Virus record (IMG/VR): IMGVR_UViG_3300008267_000189
Location: 581-64,580 of that record
Strand: one strand, 5' to 3'
Origin: a virus
Lineage: Duplodnaviria; Caudoviricetes
Length of the DNA stretch: 64,000 nt
Shown here: piece by piece, positions 46,523 through 56,747 of the stretch
How positions within the stretch are numbered: position 1 is the stretch's first letter
How the letters are laid out: each line of letters opens with the position of its first letter
Made by a program: the position numbers and the translations under genes
Notes under the pieces: generated by a model
The model's database searches: none
What the model was told of the DNA's origin: nothing
What the model saw: the letters and a program-made list of their open reading frames with translations, nothing else

Positions 46523-47698
46523 ATGAAGTTTACAGAAGATGAAATTGCTTTTATTCTAAATCAAAAAAGCATTGGTCGCAGAGGTTTTGACGAAATTGCA
46601 ATGCTTTTAAATGAAAATTTTGATTTACAGAAAAAAGTAACCGGGATTGATGTCAAACAATGTTGGGAAAAATATAAAAACAATCCTGACCAGTTGACCC
46701 ATGGGATAAAAACCTTAAAAGATATTGCCAGAATCAAGAAAAGCAATTCTTTTACTTCTAAAGAAAATCGTACAATCCTTCAATTATGGAATGATCGAGA
46801 TGATATTTTAGATGCAATAAAAAATGCCGCTAAAGATATCAATAAAATTAAAATTAAACCTATTAAAAATGTTAAAAAAACCACCAAGCTGGGTATTACG
46901 AAAGAGCTTCTTTTGTCAGACATTCACTTTGGTAAAAAAACAGATAAGTTTAATTTAGATATTTGTAAGCAAAGACTGGAAGAGGTAGTACACGCCACCA
47001 TTGGAGAAATTGAACGAGATAGTAAAGAATATAACATTGATGAAATAGTTATAGCTTTATTGGGAGATATAATTGAAAACTATTCAATGCATGTTTTAGA
47101 ATCAGCCAAAGGGTGTGAGTTTGGAAATGCTAGACAAATTTATGAAGCAACTATAAATTTATTTAAAATAGTAATTCTCCCGCTCAGTCAGCTCGGAATC
47201 AAAATAAGAGTCGTATGTGTCACGGGCAATCATGACAGAGATGGGTCTGATAGAACTTATCACAATCCAGGGGAAGAAAATTTTACCCATATTATCTATC
47301 ATACTCTTAAAAATTTTTCAGAGTTCTCTGGCCTAAAAAATATTAAATTTATAATTCCCAAAGAACCCTGGGCAATAATTGAAATCTATGGTAATATTGT
47401 TTTATATGAACATTATGACAATTGTAAGAATGCAGACAGAAAAGGGTTAGAAGCTCTTATGACAAAAAGGGCTAATCAATTATCTATAAGCATTGATTAT
47501 ATGAGAGGAGGTCACTATCACGAACCTACTAGCTTTAGAAACGGTCGTATGCAAATTAACGGATGTTTAACCGGAAATGATAGTTTTGCTTCGGTACTAG
47601 GGTTTAATGCCGAAGCCTCTCAGACGTTGAATACTTTTGCTAATTCTAAAAATAGAAGATATAAAATGTATAGAAGTTTTAATATTTTACTTGAATAA
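46523..47698 (+). CDS. Calcineurin-like metallophosphoesterase with N-terminal HTH-like region
   Basis: SDIHFG, LGDII, GNHD, GHYH. Confidence 0.82.
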   Translation: MKFTEDEIAFILNQKSIGRRGFDEIAMLLNENFDLQKKVTGIDVKQCWEKYKNNPDQLTHGIKTLKDIARIKKSNSFTSKENRTILQLWNDRDDILDAIKNAAKDINKIKIKPIKNVKKTTKLGITKELLLSDIHFGKKTDKFNLDICKQRLEEVVHATIGEIERDSKEYNIDEIVIALLGDIIENYSMHVLESAKGCEFGNARQIYEATINLFKIVILPLSQLGIKIRVVCVTGNHDRDGSDRTYHNPGEENFTHIIYHTLKNFSEFSGLKNIKFIIPKEPWAIIEIYGNIVLYEHYDNCKNADRKGLEALMTKRANQLSISIDYMRGGHYHEPTSFRNGRMQINGCLTGNDSFASVLGFNAEASQTLNTFANSKNRRYKMYRSFNILLE

Positions 47699-47776
47699 TA
47701 CAATAAAATCAATGACTTATAGGTTTATTGATGGAATTAATCTTTATAATAAGAGATATTTTTTTAAGGAGAATTA

Positions 47777-48223
47777 GTGGGAAGAAGTCATAAAAGATAT
47801 AAAAATACATCTTACCCTGAGGAAAAAGAAGGAAATATTAGAGATACTAATAAAAAATTAAAAGCGGAAATAAAAAATTTAAAGAAAATTATTAAAAATT
47901 TAGAATCACAAAATAAAACTTTAAATAGATCTTTTAATAAAAGTTGTGATTTTATAAATGATACGCTTTATGACAAAAATGTTGAAGATATAATAGAAAT
48001 GGTTAATGAATCAGATCAAAAAAAATCTGAGGAAAATAAAAGAAAAGAAGAAGCTATAAAAAAAGAAAAAAAGCTTACAATAGAAAAGGAGTGTCCTAAA
48101 TGTTTTACAACGGAAGGGAAGGGGTTTAAAATTATAAATTTTAATACCTTCAAAGTACAAACCTGCGTTTGCGGGTATAGAGCTAGGATAAATGAGGAAA
48201 ATGAAGGAATCGAAAGAAGTTAA
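47777..48223 (+). CDS. Coiled coil + zinc ribbon protein
   Basis: CPKC..CVCGY; AAGGAG RBS, GTG start. Confidence 0.6.
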   Translation: MGRSHKRYKNTSYPEEKEGNIRDTNKKLKAEIKNLKKIIKNLESQNKTLNRSFNKSCDFINDTLYDKNVEDIIEMVNESDQKKSEENKRKEEAIKKEKKLTIEKECPKCFTTEGKGFKIINFNTFKVQTCVCGYRARINEENEGIERS

Positions 48224-48590
48224 AACACTAAGAAGTAAACTGCTGGGAATGGAGCTAGAATTGAATCTACTTTCTAAGGATCTTGAACGTTTTAATTTTG
48301 AATTAATTTACAATGAAAAGATGCTCAAAATAACTTTAGAAAATTTGGATTTTTTAAAAACATCAAATGCTACGATATCTTTAACAGAATATAAAAAAAT
48401 AAAACAACAGAAAAAATTAGTAGAAATGAGAATTAAGTATTATAAACAAAAAATACAACCATTGGAGCAAATGCTTAATAGAAAGGAAGATACTCACAAA
48501 AAAGAAATGGAAAGATTTGAATATTTGTACAGAATGCAATTTAAAAATAATATATTGGAGTTCCCTTGTGATAGACGAAAAAAAGCATAA
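48192..48590 (+). CDS. Coiled-coil hypothetical protein
   Basis: Overlapping ORF in operon. Confidence 0.55.
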   Translation: MRKMKESKEVKTLRSKLLGMELELNLLSKDLERFNFELIYNEKMLKITLENLDFLKTSNATISLTEYKKIKQQKKLVEMRIKYYKQKIQPLEQMLNRKEDTHKKEMERFEYLYRMQFKNNILEFPCDRRKKA

Positions 48591-48777
48591 ATTAACGCAA
48601 GAAGAAGATTATATAGATTGTCCTAAATTTAATAATAGCATTAGGCAATTAATTGAAAAAAATCCAGAAGGGGTTGACGATGAAACAATCGCTAAAGTTC
48701 TGAATATGTCCTCTGAGGAAGTTGAAAAAATATATCAAAACGCAATAAAAAAACTTCAAAAATCTTTAGAAAGTTAA
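48568..48777 (+). CDS. Stand-alone sigma region-4-like HTH protein
   Basis: GGAG RBS + GTG; GVDDETIAKVLNMSSEEVEKIYQNAIKKLQ. Confidence 0.6.
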   Translation: MIDEKKHKLTQEEDYIDCPKFNNSIRQLIEKNPEGVDDETIAKVLNMSSEEVEKIYQNAIKKLQKSLES

Positions 48778-48799
48778 TAAAAATCATTAATTTATAAAC

Positions 48800-48829
48800 A
48801 AAAACCCTGTTCTTGACAGGGTTTTTTTT
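48800..48829 (+). terminator. Rho-independent terminator overlapping a -35 box
   Basis: AAAAACCCTGT-TCTTG-ACAGGGTTTTTTTT. Confidence 0.85.
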
Positions 48830-48841
48830 ATATGATAGTAT
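48813..48841 (+). promoter_or_regulatory. Sigma70 promoter TTGACA-N17-TAGTAT (TG extended)
   Basis: Consensus spacing upstream of dnaQ-dnaE. Confidence 0.75.
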
Positions 48842-48856
48842 AAGCCAAAGGCGGTC

Positions 48857-49498
48857 ATGATGATGTACCTTGGATTTGATTTAGAGACAGGCGGATTTGA
48901 TAAAAAACGCCACACTATTACAGAGGCTTATTTTGCAGTTTGGGACGAAAACTGGACATTACTCAATGATCTTCATCTTTATTTAAAGAATGATAAAGGA
49001 GAAGTGATTGGGGAGGAAGAGGCTTTCAGGATATCCGGTATTAATCGGGAAGAATTGCTTGCAAACCCTAATACTCTGACTTATTCTGAAGGAAGAATAA
49101 AATTATTAAACATGCTAGAACAGCATAAAATACCCGGCAAGAGGGTTCATTACAAATTACTCGGACAAAATATTGCAGGATTTGATATTCCATTCATGGA
49201 AGAGCAAGGATTTTTCACAAATGTTCATTTAAAAAAGGCTGGAATTACACATAATCCTATTGATACGACCTTAATAGTCACATGGCTAAAAGATATGGAA
49301 ATACTACCATCAAATATTGGAAGTCTAGGAACCTTAGTTGAATATTTCGGTCTTCCTAAGGGAACTGCCCATCGTGCCAAAGATGACGTTCATATGCAAA
49401 AAGATGTGTATGTTAAGTTATGTGAATTATTTAAAAATAATTCTATTAATAATCTAAAACAAAATAGTGATGATTTATTAAAAATAGTCGAATTATAG
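48857..49498 (+). CDS. DnaQ-like 3'-5' exonuclease
   Basis: DLETGG, QNIAGFD, AHRAKDD (DEDDh). Confidence 0.9.
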   Translation: MMMYLGFDLETGGFDKKRHTITEAYFAVWDENWTLLNDLHLYLKNDKGEVIGEEEAFRISGINREELLANPNTLTYSEGRIKLLNMLEQHKIPGKRVHYKLLGQNIAGFDIPFMEEQGFFTNVHLKKAGITHNPIDTTLIVTWLKDMEILPSNIGSLGTLVEYFGLPKGTAHRAKDDVHMQKDVYVKLCELFKNNSINNLKQNSDDLLKIVEL

Positions 49499-49516
49499 TA
49501 TTTAAAAAAGATTTTA

Positions 49517-52500
49517 ATGAAAAATTTCATAACACCAAATTCCCATCCATCTAGTTTTCTTACCGGCTCTACATTAGAATCAATGATAGATAAAGCAAAA
49601 GAGCTTAACACTGGGTACTATGTTTGTACAGACAATGGATATTTGACAGATACATTAAAAGCATATAATTATGCAAATAAAAAAGGACTAAAGCCGATCC
49701 TGGGATGCGAGCTTTATGTGATATTGGGCAGTCTTAGATTAGGACAAAAGAAAGCTTCTGAAAAAATTAAATACTTTACTATTACTATTCATGCAAAAAA
49801 TCAGGAAGCTTATCAATTTTTGATTAAAAAAATATCAGATAAAAAAAGAAAAACAATTAAAATTTTAGATCACGATTACCCAGTTTTTGATTGGAATGAT
49901 ATTTCTGATTTTGCCGAAGAAGATTTTACAGCAGTAATCGGCGGTCCTCAGTGTATTGTTTGTAAAAATCTTTTAACAGGGGATAAAGATTTTGCTGAAG
50001 CAATTTTTTTAGAATTAAAAAATAAATTTAAAAATAATTTTTATTCCTCGATTATACCTATGGAGTTCAATAAAAAATGGGTAACATCAAGCGCATTTAC
50101 GTTTAATAACGGGCAATCTGTAATACTAAACTCATCAATATTAGCAGAAACAGATCGAGCTATTAATTTTCGTGTTTCGCTAGAGGATGTGGCAAATAAA
50201 CCAGAACTCCACGGGACTATCCGCAAGATTTATGTAGATGGAATTGGGTACAATGTAAATAAAAAAATTTTATCTGCTCAAAATTATAAAGAATTTAAAA
50301 CAATTAATGAAGATATTTTTGAAAAATATAATTCATTTATTACAAAAATTTCTAAAAAATATGATGTTAAAATTTTAATTAATGATTATTCCTATTTTGC
50401 ACATAAAGATGATCAATTAGTTCAAAACTTAAAATTGGGAGAAGAAATAAGACTTTCTACTCAAAATTTTATGAAAAATTCTCATGAAGCATGCTCATAT
50501 TTACTTAAATATTATTCTTCTCAAGAAATAGAAAAATTTATTCAAAATAGTTACGAGTGGGCCGGTAATTTTGATAATTTTAAATTAAAATATGAATATA
50601 GACTTGTAAAAGAGTCAAATAATTCCTTACAAAGTACAATGGATCTCATCAAGAAGATTGGTAGATTTGATATTAATAATATTGAGCATAGAAAACGTTT
50701 AAAATATGAGATTGATGTTATTCATGGAAATGGAGTTGTAGATCTATTGCCTTACTTTTTTCCAATAAGCAAAGCTTTAAACTACTACACTGATAACGGG
50801 AGAGTTGTTGGACCTGCCCGAGGATCTGGGGGAGGTAGTTTTCTTATGTATTGCATGGGAATTACTCAAATTAATCCGCTAAAATACGGCCTATATTTTT
50901 CTCGATTTCTTACCTTGGGACGTATTCAAAAAGGTACTCTTCCAGATGTTGATGTTGATTTGCCTGATAGAGAACTTCTAGTTAAAGAAGGCGGTTTTTT
51001 AGATTTAAATTATAGAGATCGATGGGCGCAGATATCTATTAGAACTTTGATGAAATTAAAATCTGCCATCAGAGATGTTAATAGATTTAAAAAAGGTAAA
51101 GTAGAAGATGAGATAGAGACATTTGCCAAAAATTTGGAGGCAACACCTCAAGGTATTTCAGACAAAGACTTTGTATTTGGATATGAGGATACTCCAGGAT
51201 TAATTGATCGAGATCCTAAATTGCGTGATTATATAAACAAAAGACCTGAAGAATGGGAAATAGTTAAAAAAACTCTAGGAGTTCCTCGTCAACATGGTAG
51301 ACATGCTTCTGCGTTTGTGATTTCTGATATATTAATTAATGACGTTATTCCTACAATGAAAGTATCTGATTCGGAAAACATAACACAATATGAAGCAAAA
51401 GAGGTAGAAGCTGCCGGTCTTATTAAATATGATTTTCTTGTAGTAAAATGTTTAAATGATATTGAACTTGCAATTAAATATATTAATCAAAAAAATGGCG
51501 GAATTGATTTAAAAGCAGGGTATTTTATACATAATAACAAAAATACCTATATATGGGATTTGGATGAAGAATCTGATGTTTTTGATATGCTTGCAGAAGG
51601 TAAAACTGAAACCGTATTTCAATTAAATACAAGTTCCGTTACACCTTTTGTTCAAAGTATGATGCCTAAATCTGTTGAAGATTGTGCTGTTGTAACTTCT
51701 CTTGTCCGTCCAGGTCCTCTTGAATTTATTGACGAAAGAACAGGTCGCAATATGGCGGAGGAATATGTAGAAAGAAGACAAGGAAGAAGTAAAGGAGAAA
51801 TGCCTATTCTAGACGATCTTTTACCGGAAACTTACGGGATTATGGTATATCAAGAACAAATTACCAAAGTTACTAAAGAACTGACAGGCTGGGATGATGA
51901 AAAGGCCGAAGACGTTCGTATTGCAGTGGGTAAAAAACAAGCCAAGATGATCGATGAACTTCGGCCTCAATTCATCGAAGCAGCAGCCAGACAGGGGCGG
52001 GTTAATGCAGATACTGCAGAAATCGTATGGTCAATGATCGAAAAGTTTGGTAGGTACGGATTCAATAAATCGCATGCGGTGGCTTATTCATTGATTGCAT
52101 ATGCTTGCGCTTATCTAAAACATCATTATCCTCTAGAATGGTGGGCGGCAGTATTGTCAAATGCTGAAGAAAAAGAAATCACGGAGATTCTTTGGCCGCA
52201 TGTTAAAGATATATTATCTCCTCCTGATATTAATTTATCCAGAGAAGAAATCGTGATTGATTATGAAACAGGCACTCTTAGAAATAAACTATCTGTTCTT
52301 AGAGGCCTAGGTGTAAAAGTTGCTCAAAATATTATTGATAACAGACCATACTTGACGATTGACGACCTGGTTACTAAAGAAGTAGTCGGCCCATCTCTTG
52401 TAAGGAGTTTAATCCATGTGGGCGTTATGGATAGTCTTTTTTCAAAAAATACTAATTTAATGGAAAAAATGCAACAATTTGAAAATGCCTTAAGTGCTTG

Positions 52501-53140
52501 GGAATACAAGAAAAAAATGCATGAAAAATCTTTAAAAGAGCTTGATCTAAATTTAGATTTATTAAGCTTTATCGAAGCTGCTAAAGCACATTCTTTGACT
52601 AAGAGGTGTCGTCATAAAATACCAGAAGGCAAAATTGATTTAAAATATGCTTTTATGAATCCTATTAAGGATTATATTCTTAAAAAATCTATTTTCCCTA
52701 CCATGCCAGTAAAGTTGTATGATGTTATTAAAAATAATACTAAAAATGTACGCATGATCTCTTCAAATGAAAATAGCTATATAATTAGCAAAAAACACGG
52801 AGAAGTCAGGCTAATCAATGGTAAAACATTTCAAAATATAAAAGATATACCATGTCAACCTAATAATAAAAAAATTATAAACTTCTGTATAGCGGGATAT
52901 GTTGTTGAATCTAAAGAATTTTCTTATAAAGCAGGCCAAAAAAAGGCTCTAAAAATGATCGTAGATATAGATGGACATATAGAAGAATTTGTACAGTGGC
53001 CAGATTACGAGACTGGTATTTTAAAATATCCAGAAAATTTAAAGAAAAATTCTGTTATATTCTTGTTTTTACATAGAAAAATGGATAAAGAAAAATATCA
53101 TACAAATATTGATGAAATTATTGTAGAAGATATTTTTTAA
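49517..53140 (+). CDS. dnaE: DNA polymerase III alpha subunit
   Basis: RGSGGGS, PDVDVD, GRHASA, KYDFL, RPGP, YQEQ, YGFNKSHA. Confidence 0.95.
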   Translation: MKNFITPNSHPSSFLTGSTLESMIDKAKELNTGYYVCTDNGYLTDTLKAYNYANKKGLKPILGCELYVILGSLRLGQKKASEKIKYFTITIHAKNQEAYQFLIKKISDKKRKTIKILDHDYPVFDWNDISDFAEEDFTAVIGGPQCIVCKNLLTGDKDFAEAIFLELKNKFKNNFYSSIIPMEFNKKWVTSSAFTFNNGQSVILNSSILAETDRAINFRVSLEDVANKPELHGTIRKIYVDGIGYNVNKKILSAQNYKEFKTINEDIFEKYNSFITKISKKYDVKILINDYSYFAHKDDQLVQNLKLGEEIRLSTQNFMKNSHEACSYLLKYYSSQEIEKFIQNSYEWAGNFDNFKLKYEYRLVKESNNSLQSTMDLIKKIGRFDINNIEHRKRLKYEIDVIHGNGVVDLLPYFFPISKALNYYTDNGRVVGPARGSGGGSFLMYCMGITQINPLKYGLYFSRFLTLGRIQKGTLPDVDVDLPDRELLVKEGGFLDLNYRDRWAQISIRTLMKLKSAIRDVNRFKKGKVEDEIETFAKNLEATPQGISDKDFVFGYEDTPGLIDRDPKLRDYINKRPEEWEIVKKTLGVPRQHGRHASAFVISDILINDVIPTMKVSDSENITQYEAKEVEAAGLIKYDFLVVKCLNDIELAIKYINQKNGGIDLKAGYFIHNNKNTYIWDLDEESDVFDMLAEGKTETVFQLNTSSVTPFVQSMMPKSVEDCAVVTSLVRPGPLEFIDERTGRNMAEEYVERRQGRSKGEMPILDDLLPETYGIMVYQEQITKVTKELTGWDDEKAEDVRIAVGKKQAKMIDELRPQFIEAAARQGRVNADTAEIVWSMIEKFGRYGFNKSHAVAYSLIAYACAYLKHHYPLEWWAAVLSNAEEKEITEILWPHVKDILSPPDINLSREEIVIDYETGTLRNKLSVLRGLGVKVAQNIIDNRPYLTIDDLVTKEVVGPSLVRSLIHVGVMDSLFSKNTNLMEKMQQFENALSAWEYKKKMHEKSLKELDLNLDLLSFIEAAKAHSLTKRCRHKIPEGKIDLKYAFMNPIKDYILKKSIFPTMPVKLYDVIKNNTKNVRMISSNENSYIISKKHGEVRLINGKTFQNIKDIPCQPNNKKIINFCIAGYVVESKEFSYKAGQKKALKMIVDIDGHIEEFVQWPDYETGILKYPENLKKNSVIFLFLHRKMDKEKYHTNIDEIIVEDIF

Positions 53141-53147
53141 TTTTATG

Positions 53148-53176
53148 TTGACTAACTTTTTTCTTTATGATAGTAT
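53148..53176 (+). promoter_or_regulatory. Sigma70 promoter TTGACT-N17-TAGTAT (TG extended)
   Basis: Consensus spacing. Confidence 0.7.
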
Positions 53177-53193
53177 AGGATGGGGTTCTTTAA

Positions 53194-53424
53194 ATGGATG
53201 ATAAATTTAAATTAGAAGAAAAAATTGTTTGTAAAAATTGTGTAATAAATACTTACATTGCTAAAGATGAAAAAAATTACATATTAGAAATAAATTATTT
53301 GCAAGGAAAATTTGTTTCTGAAAAAATCTTTACGAACGATCTGACCGGTGTAGAGCTTATGGAAGAAGCCAAGGATCTTTTTAAAACAGAATATGATATT
53401 AAAGGATATTTCGGGATTATTTAA
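53194..53424 (+). CDS. Hypothetical protein
   Basis: ORF after promoter. Confidence 0.55.
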   Translation: MDDKFKLEEKIVCKNCVINTYIAKDEKNYILEINYLQGKFVSEKIFTNDLTGVELMEEAKDLFKTEYDIKGYFGII

Positions 53425-53436
53425 AGGAGAAAAATA

Positions 53437-54210
53437 ATGAGCTTATCTACAATTTTAGATGAAATTAATCAACAAAAACAAATTGCACAACAAGATTTGG
53501 ATGTCGTAAATCCACGGGCTTTGACTTACAAGAAAGGCCAGGTCAATAGTGCTAAACAAAAATTAGAAAATCTTTATGTTGATTATAAAAATGAATTATT
53601 AAAGAATGCAGTATTCATTCTGGTAACAGGAGATCAATCTGAGAGTTTTGCTTCGATTGCAGAAGAAAAATTTAAATGTTTTTCAGCAGATGGCAAAGCT
53701 ATGTTTAAAGAAATAGTAGATAAAATAAGTCCTGAATTATACAAAAATAAAAAGATCAATTCATTTACGTTTGAAGTGATTGGCAATATTTTAGAAGATA
53801 AAATGAAAACACTTGATATAAATGCTTATAATCAGCTTATATTTGATACAAAGTATTCTCGTATAATAAAAGATAAAAGCGAAATGCTAGATACAGTAAC
53901 TTCAGCAGTGGTCGATATTGTAGGAAGTGAAGTAGTAGGGTTGGACGCTTTGGAAAGAATTACGGAAAAAGCTGTTAACAAAAATTATAAGTCAAAAATT
54001 GTACCAATCCTCATTCAAAGTCAAGATGAAAGTTTTATTGTAAGTATTACAGAAGGATTAAAACGCCTAAACCCAAGGGTAATCAAAGTTCTTGCGGGTA
54101 AAACTGAAACTGATTTAAAAACAAAAATTTCACTTGAAGAAGTGGATGAAAAAAATGTAGAAGAAACCCTAAAAACAATTGCATTAAATGCACAAGGAGA
54201 AAAGGCATGA
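53437..54210 (+). CDS. Hypothetical protein (possible degenerate NMP-kinase fold)
   Basis: AAGGAG RBS; FILVTG..FA..SAD pattern without GKS/T. Confidence 0.5.
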   Translation: MSLSTILDEINQQKQIAQQDLDVVNPRALTYKKGQVNSAKQKLENLYVDYKNELLKNAVFILVTGDQSESFASIAEEKFKCFSADGKAMFKEIVDKISPELYKNKKINSFTFEVIGNILEDKMKTLDINAYNQLIFDTKYSRIIKDKSEMLDTVTSAVVDIVGSEVVGLDALERITEKAVNKNYKSKIVPILIQSQDESFIVSITEGLKRLNPRVIKVLAGKTETDLKTKISLEEVDEKNVEETLKTIALNAQGEKA

Positions 54211-55193
54211 AATTAGGAACCCCAAAATACGAACAGAGTAAGAAAAATTATTTTTCTTTCAAAAAGAATCAAAACACATTTATTTTACGAGTTCTTCCCC
54301 CTATGGGAAATCTTGCAGACTCAGGTAAGTGGTCAATTTACCACAGAGTAGAGTTTGGCTACACAGGAACGGATGGCAGATTACGACCATTTTTATCGCC
54401 TCGAGTTGTTAATTATAACGGCATGGTTGAGGTTGAATCTGAGACATACAAAAGAAGAGAATCTATAAAAACCCAACAGGCTCAGGCTAAAAAAAATGGG
54501 AATTCTGTTTTAGTAGAAACATGTACTAAGATGCTTCAAAAATACAACCAAGATGCCAAGCATCATATGAATGTTATTGATTTACAAGGCAATGTAGGGT
54601 TATTTAAAATAGGACATAAAGGATTTCAAGCGCTCAAGGCAGAGGTTGATCGCCTCCGTTCCGAAGGGATTGACCCTATCGGGGTAGAAAATGGACGTTT
54701 TTTTGTATTTAGCCGGTCGGGGTCGGGTCGAGATACTCTTTATACTGTTAATGAATATAAACAAAAACAAGAGATTTCTACACCCACGGGCAAAGTGGTA
54801 GCTATGCTAGATTTCCCTCACTCTATCAATGAATCGGTTATGGCCAAGCTTTCAACTGACGCATTTGAATTAGATAAAATCTATCCGACTGTGACTCCTG
54901 ACGAAGAGTACAGAATTGTACACGAAGGAGCCGCAGCGGTAGACGAAATTCTGGGATCTAAAAAAACTAAACCAGAGGGTGATTCTAAAGCGACAGGAAC
55001 TACTGCAACTGCTGTAGCATCTTCCGAAACAGTTCCTACAGTAGATCTTGTTAAAAAATCTTCTCCTCCAGTTAGCGAGGACTCTTTTTACGAGGACGAA
55101 GAAGAAACCGCAGTAAATTTTAGTGGTTTTTCAGATGTTACAGACATGAGTGAAGAAGATTTTTTTAAAAAAGTTGAAAGTGGTAATTTTTAA
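54207..55193 (+). CDS. Single-stranded DNA-binding protein (gp32-like)
   Basis: ILRVLPP, R.GSGRDT.Y, acidic C-terminus ending DFFKKV; upstream of recA. Confidence 0.7.
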   Translation: MKLGTPKYEQSKKNYFSFKKNQNTFILRVLPPMGNLADSGKWSIYHRVEFGYTGTDGRLRPFLSPRVVNYNGMVEVESETYKRRESIKTQQAQAKKNGNSVLVETCTKMLQKYNQDAKHHMNVIDLQGNVGLFKIGHKGFQALKAEVDRLRSEGIDPIGVENGRFFVFSRSGSGRDTLYTVNEYKQKQEISTPTGKVVAMLDFPHSINESVMAKLSTDAFELDKIYPTVTPDEEYRIVHEGAAAVDEILGSKKTKPEGDSKATGTTATAVASSETVPTVDLVKKSSPPVSEDSFYEDEEETAVNFSGFSDVTDMSEEDFFKKVESGNF

Positions 55194-55687
55194 TGTCAGA
55201 CACAAAAAAAGGGACGATGCTTGTCGTCCCTGCTTTTAAACATTGCAAAGAACTCAGGATAGATACGACTAGCTGGGAAATAGCTAAGACTCGTATGAGC
55301 GAAGTTCAGCATTTAGTTCCTTCAAATTATTCTAGTCTTGAATTTACCTTTCAAGAAGCTTGGAGAGAAACTAGACGGAACGCTATTATGACAGAAGATG
55401 CAATAAAAAAAGCTTTGCAAAATATAGAAGAAATTAAAGCTGATATAATTTTAACAGAAATACCACGGCTTTTAGACGAGATGCCTAAGAATGCAAATAA
55501 TACTGATTTTAGAAAAGCAGTAATTACTAAAAATGAAGACCATAAGCAGGCTAATGAGCATTTAGAAAAGCTGCAATCAATTTTAGCACATTTAGAATCA
55601 AATATGAAGGTTATGGAAAATACTTCAAGATTTTTAAAAAAACAAATGGATTACATTATCCGCAGCGGTAGTGTAGGTCCTAGATAA
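55193..55687 (+). CDS. Putative recombination mediator (UvsY-like)
   Basis: Helical coiled coil between SSB and RecA. Confidence 0.4.
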   Translation: MSDTKKGTMLVVPAFKHCKELRIDTTSWEIAKTRMSEVQHLVPSNYSSLEFTFQEAWRETRRNAIMTEDAIKKALQNIEEIKADIILTEIPRLLDEMPKNANNTDFRKAVITKNEDHKQANEHLEKLQSILAHLESNMKVMENTSRFLKKQMDYIIRSGSVGPR

Positions 55688-55696
55688 GGGGAAAAT

Positions 55697-56737
55697 ATGG
55701 CTGAAAATAAATGGTTAAAACAATTAAGAAAACACGATGCTTATGTAGAACATAATTATGATGCTTTTGCGTCTAAAAATTGTATTTATACACCTAGTCC
55801 GTACATGAATTGGATTTTTGCAAATAAATCACATGGCATACCCAAGGGATCGGGTGTTTTGCTTTATTCCGAGCCTAAAGCGGGTAAATCTTTGCTTTCT
55901 CAGGCAATTGCTGCACAGCTTCATCAAGATGATCCTGAAGGAATTGTTATGTATTTTTCTACAGAATATAAAGGTAAATTTCAAAAAGGTTTTTTTGCAG
56001 GAATCGATCCTGATCGTCTATTAATCTATGATACATCAGATCCGAAGGATATTTTTGATTATTTAGCATATGAAGTACAACCTCTCGTTCAAGATGGGAT
56101 GCCACTAAGAATGGTTATAATTGATTCTATTACAGGAATAGGAGGAGTTAAAGCTCAGGGAAGATCTGTAGAAGATCATTTGATTGGAGACAAAGCTCTA
56201 ACCATTACTCGAGGTCTGGATCAGATTATACCTTTTTTTAAAAAAAATAGCATTACATACATAACCGTGGCTCAGGTTAGAATGAATATTGGGGCGCATT
56301 ATGGTCCAGATGTAAAGGCTGCTGTTCCTAAAGCCTGTGAGCATAATCATGAATATTTTATTTCTGTAAAAAGAGCGGGATCTGCAGATGACAAGAAGGA
56401 TCTGGCAGGAAATGCTTTTGAAGGAGAAACAAAAGATGCTAGAGGAAACAAAGATTTGACCGGACATAAGATATATGTTAAAATGGAACTCAGCTCTCTT
56501 GGAAGCGGAGGAAGATCTGCTAAAATTACTGTAGATTACAAAAAAGGATTCATTAATCAACATGAAGAAATTTTTGAACTAGGAGTAAACACAGGGGTAC
56601 TAACTAGGCCTAATAATCGTGTTTATGAATTCCAAGGAATTTCATATGATGGTAAAAACGCCATGGCTGATGCTATTAAAAACAACCCCGGCCTGGGAGA
56701 AGCAATACTAGATGAAGTAAAATTATTAGATTCATAA
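55697..56737 (+). CDS. recA: RecA/UvsX-like recombinase
   Basis: GIPKG, SEPKAGKS, STE, IIDSI, AQVR. Confidence 0.88.
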   Translation: MAENKWLKQLRKHDAYVEHNYDAFASKNCIYTPSPYMNWIFANKSHGIPKGSGVLLYSEPKAGKSLLSQAIAAQLHQDDPEGIVMYFSTEYKGKFQKGFFAGIDPDRLLIYDTSDPKDIFDYLAYEVQPLVQDGMPLRMVIIDSITGIGGVKAQGRSVEDHLIGDKALTITRGLDQIIPFFKKNSITYITVAQVRMNIGAHYGPDVKAAVPKACEHNHEYFISVKRAGSADDKKDLAGNAFEGETKDARGNKDLTGHKIYVKMELSSLGSGGRSAKITVDYKKGFINQHEEIFELGVNTGVLTRPNNRVYEFQGISYDGKNAMADAIKNNPGLGEAILDEVKLLDS

Positions 56738-56747
56738 AGGAAAGAAT

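Noticed and set aside
26147-56737. Inteins or introns in terL, nrdA, dnaE, recA or helicase
   Set aside because: Lengths are ordinary and no intein or homing-endonuclease insertion motifs were seen.
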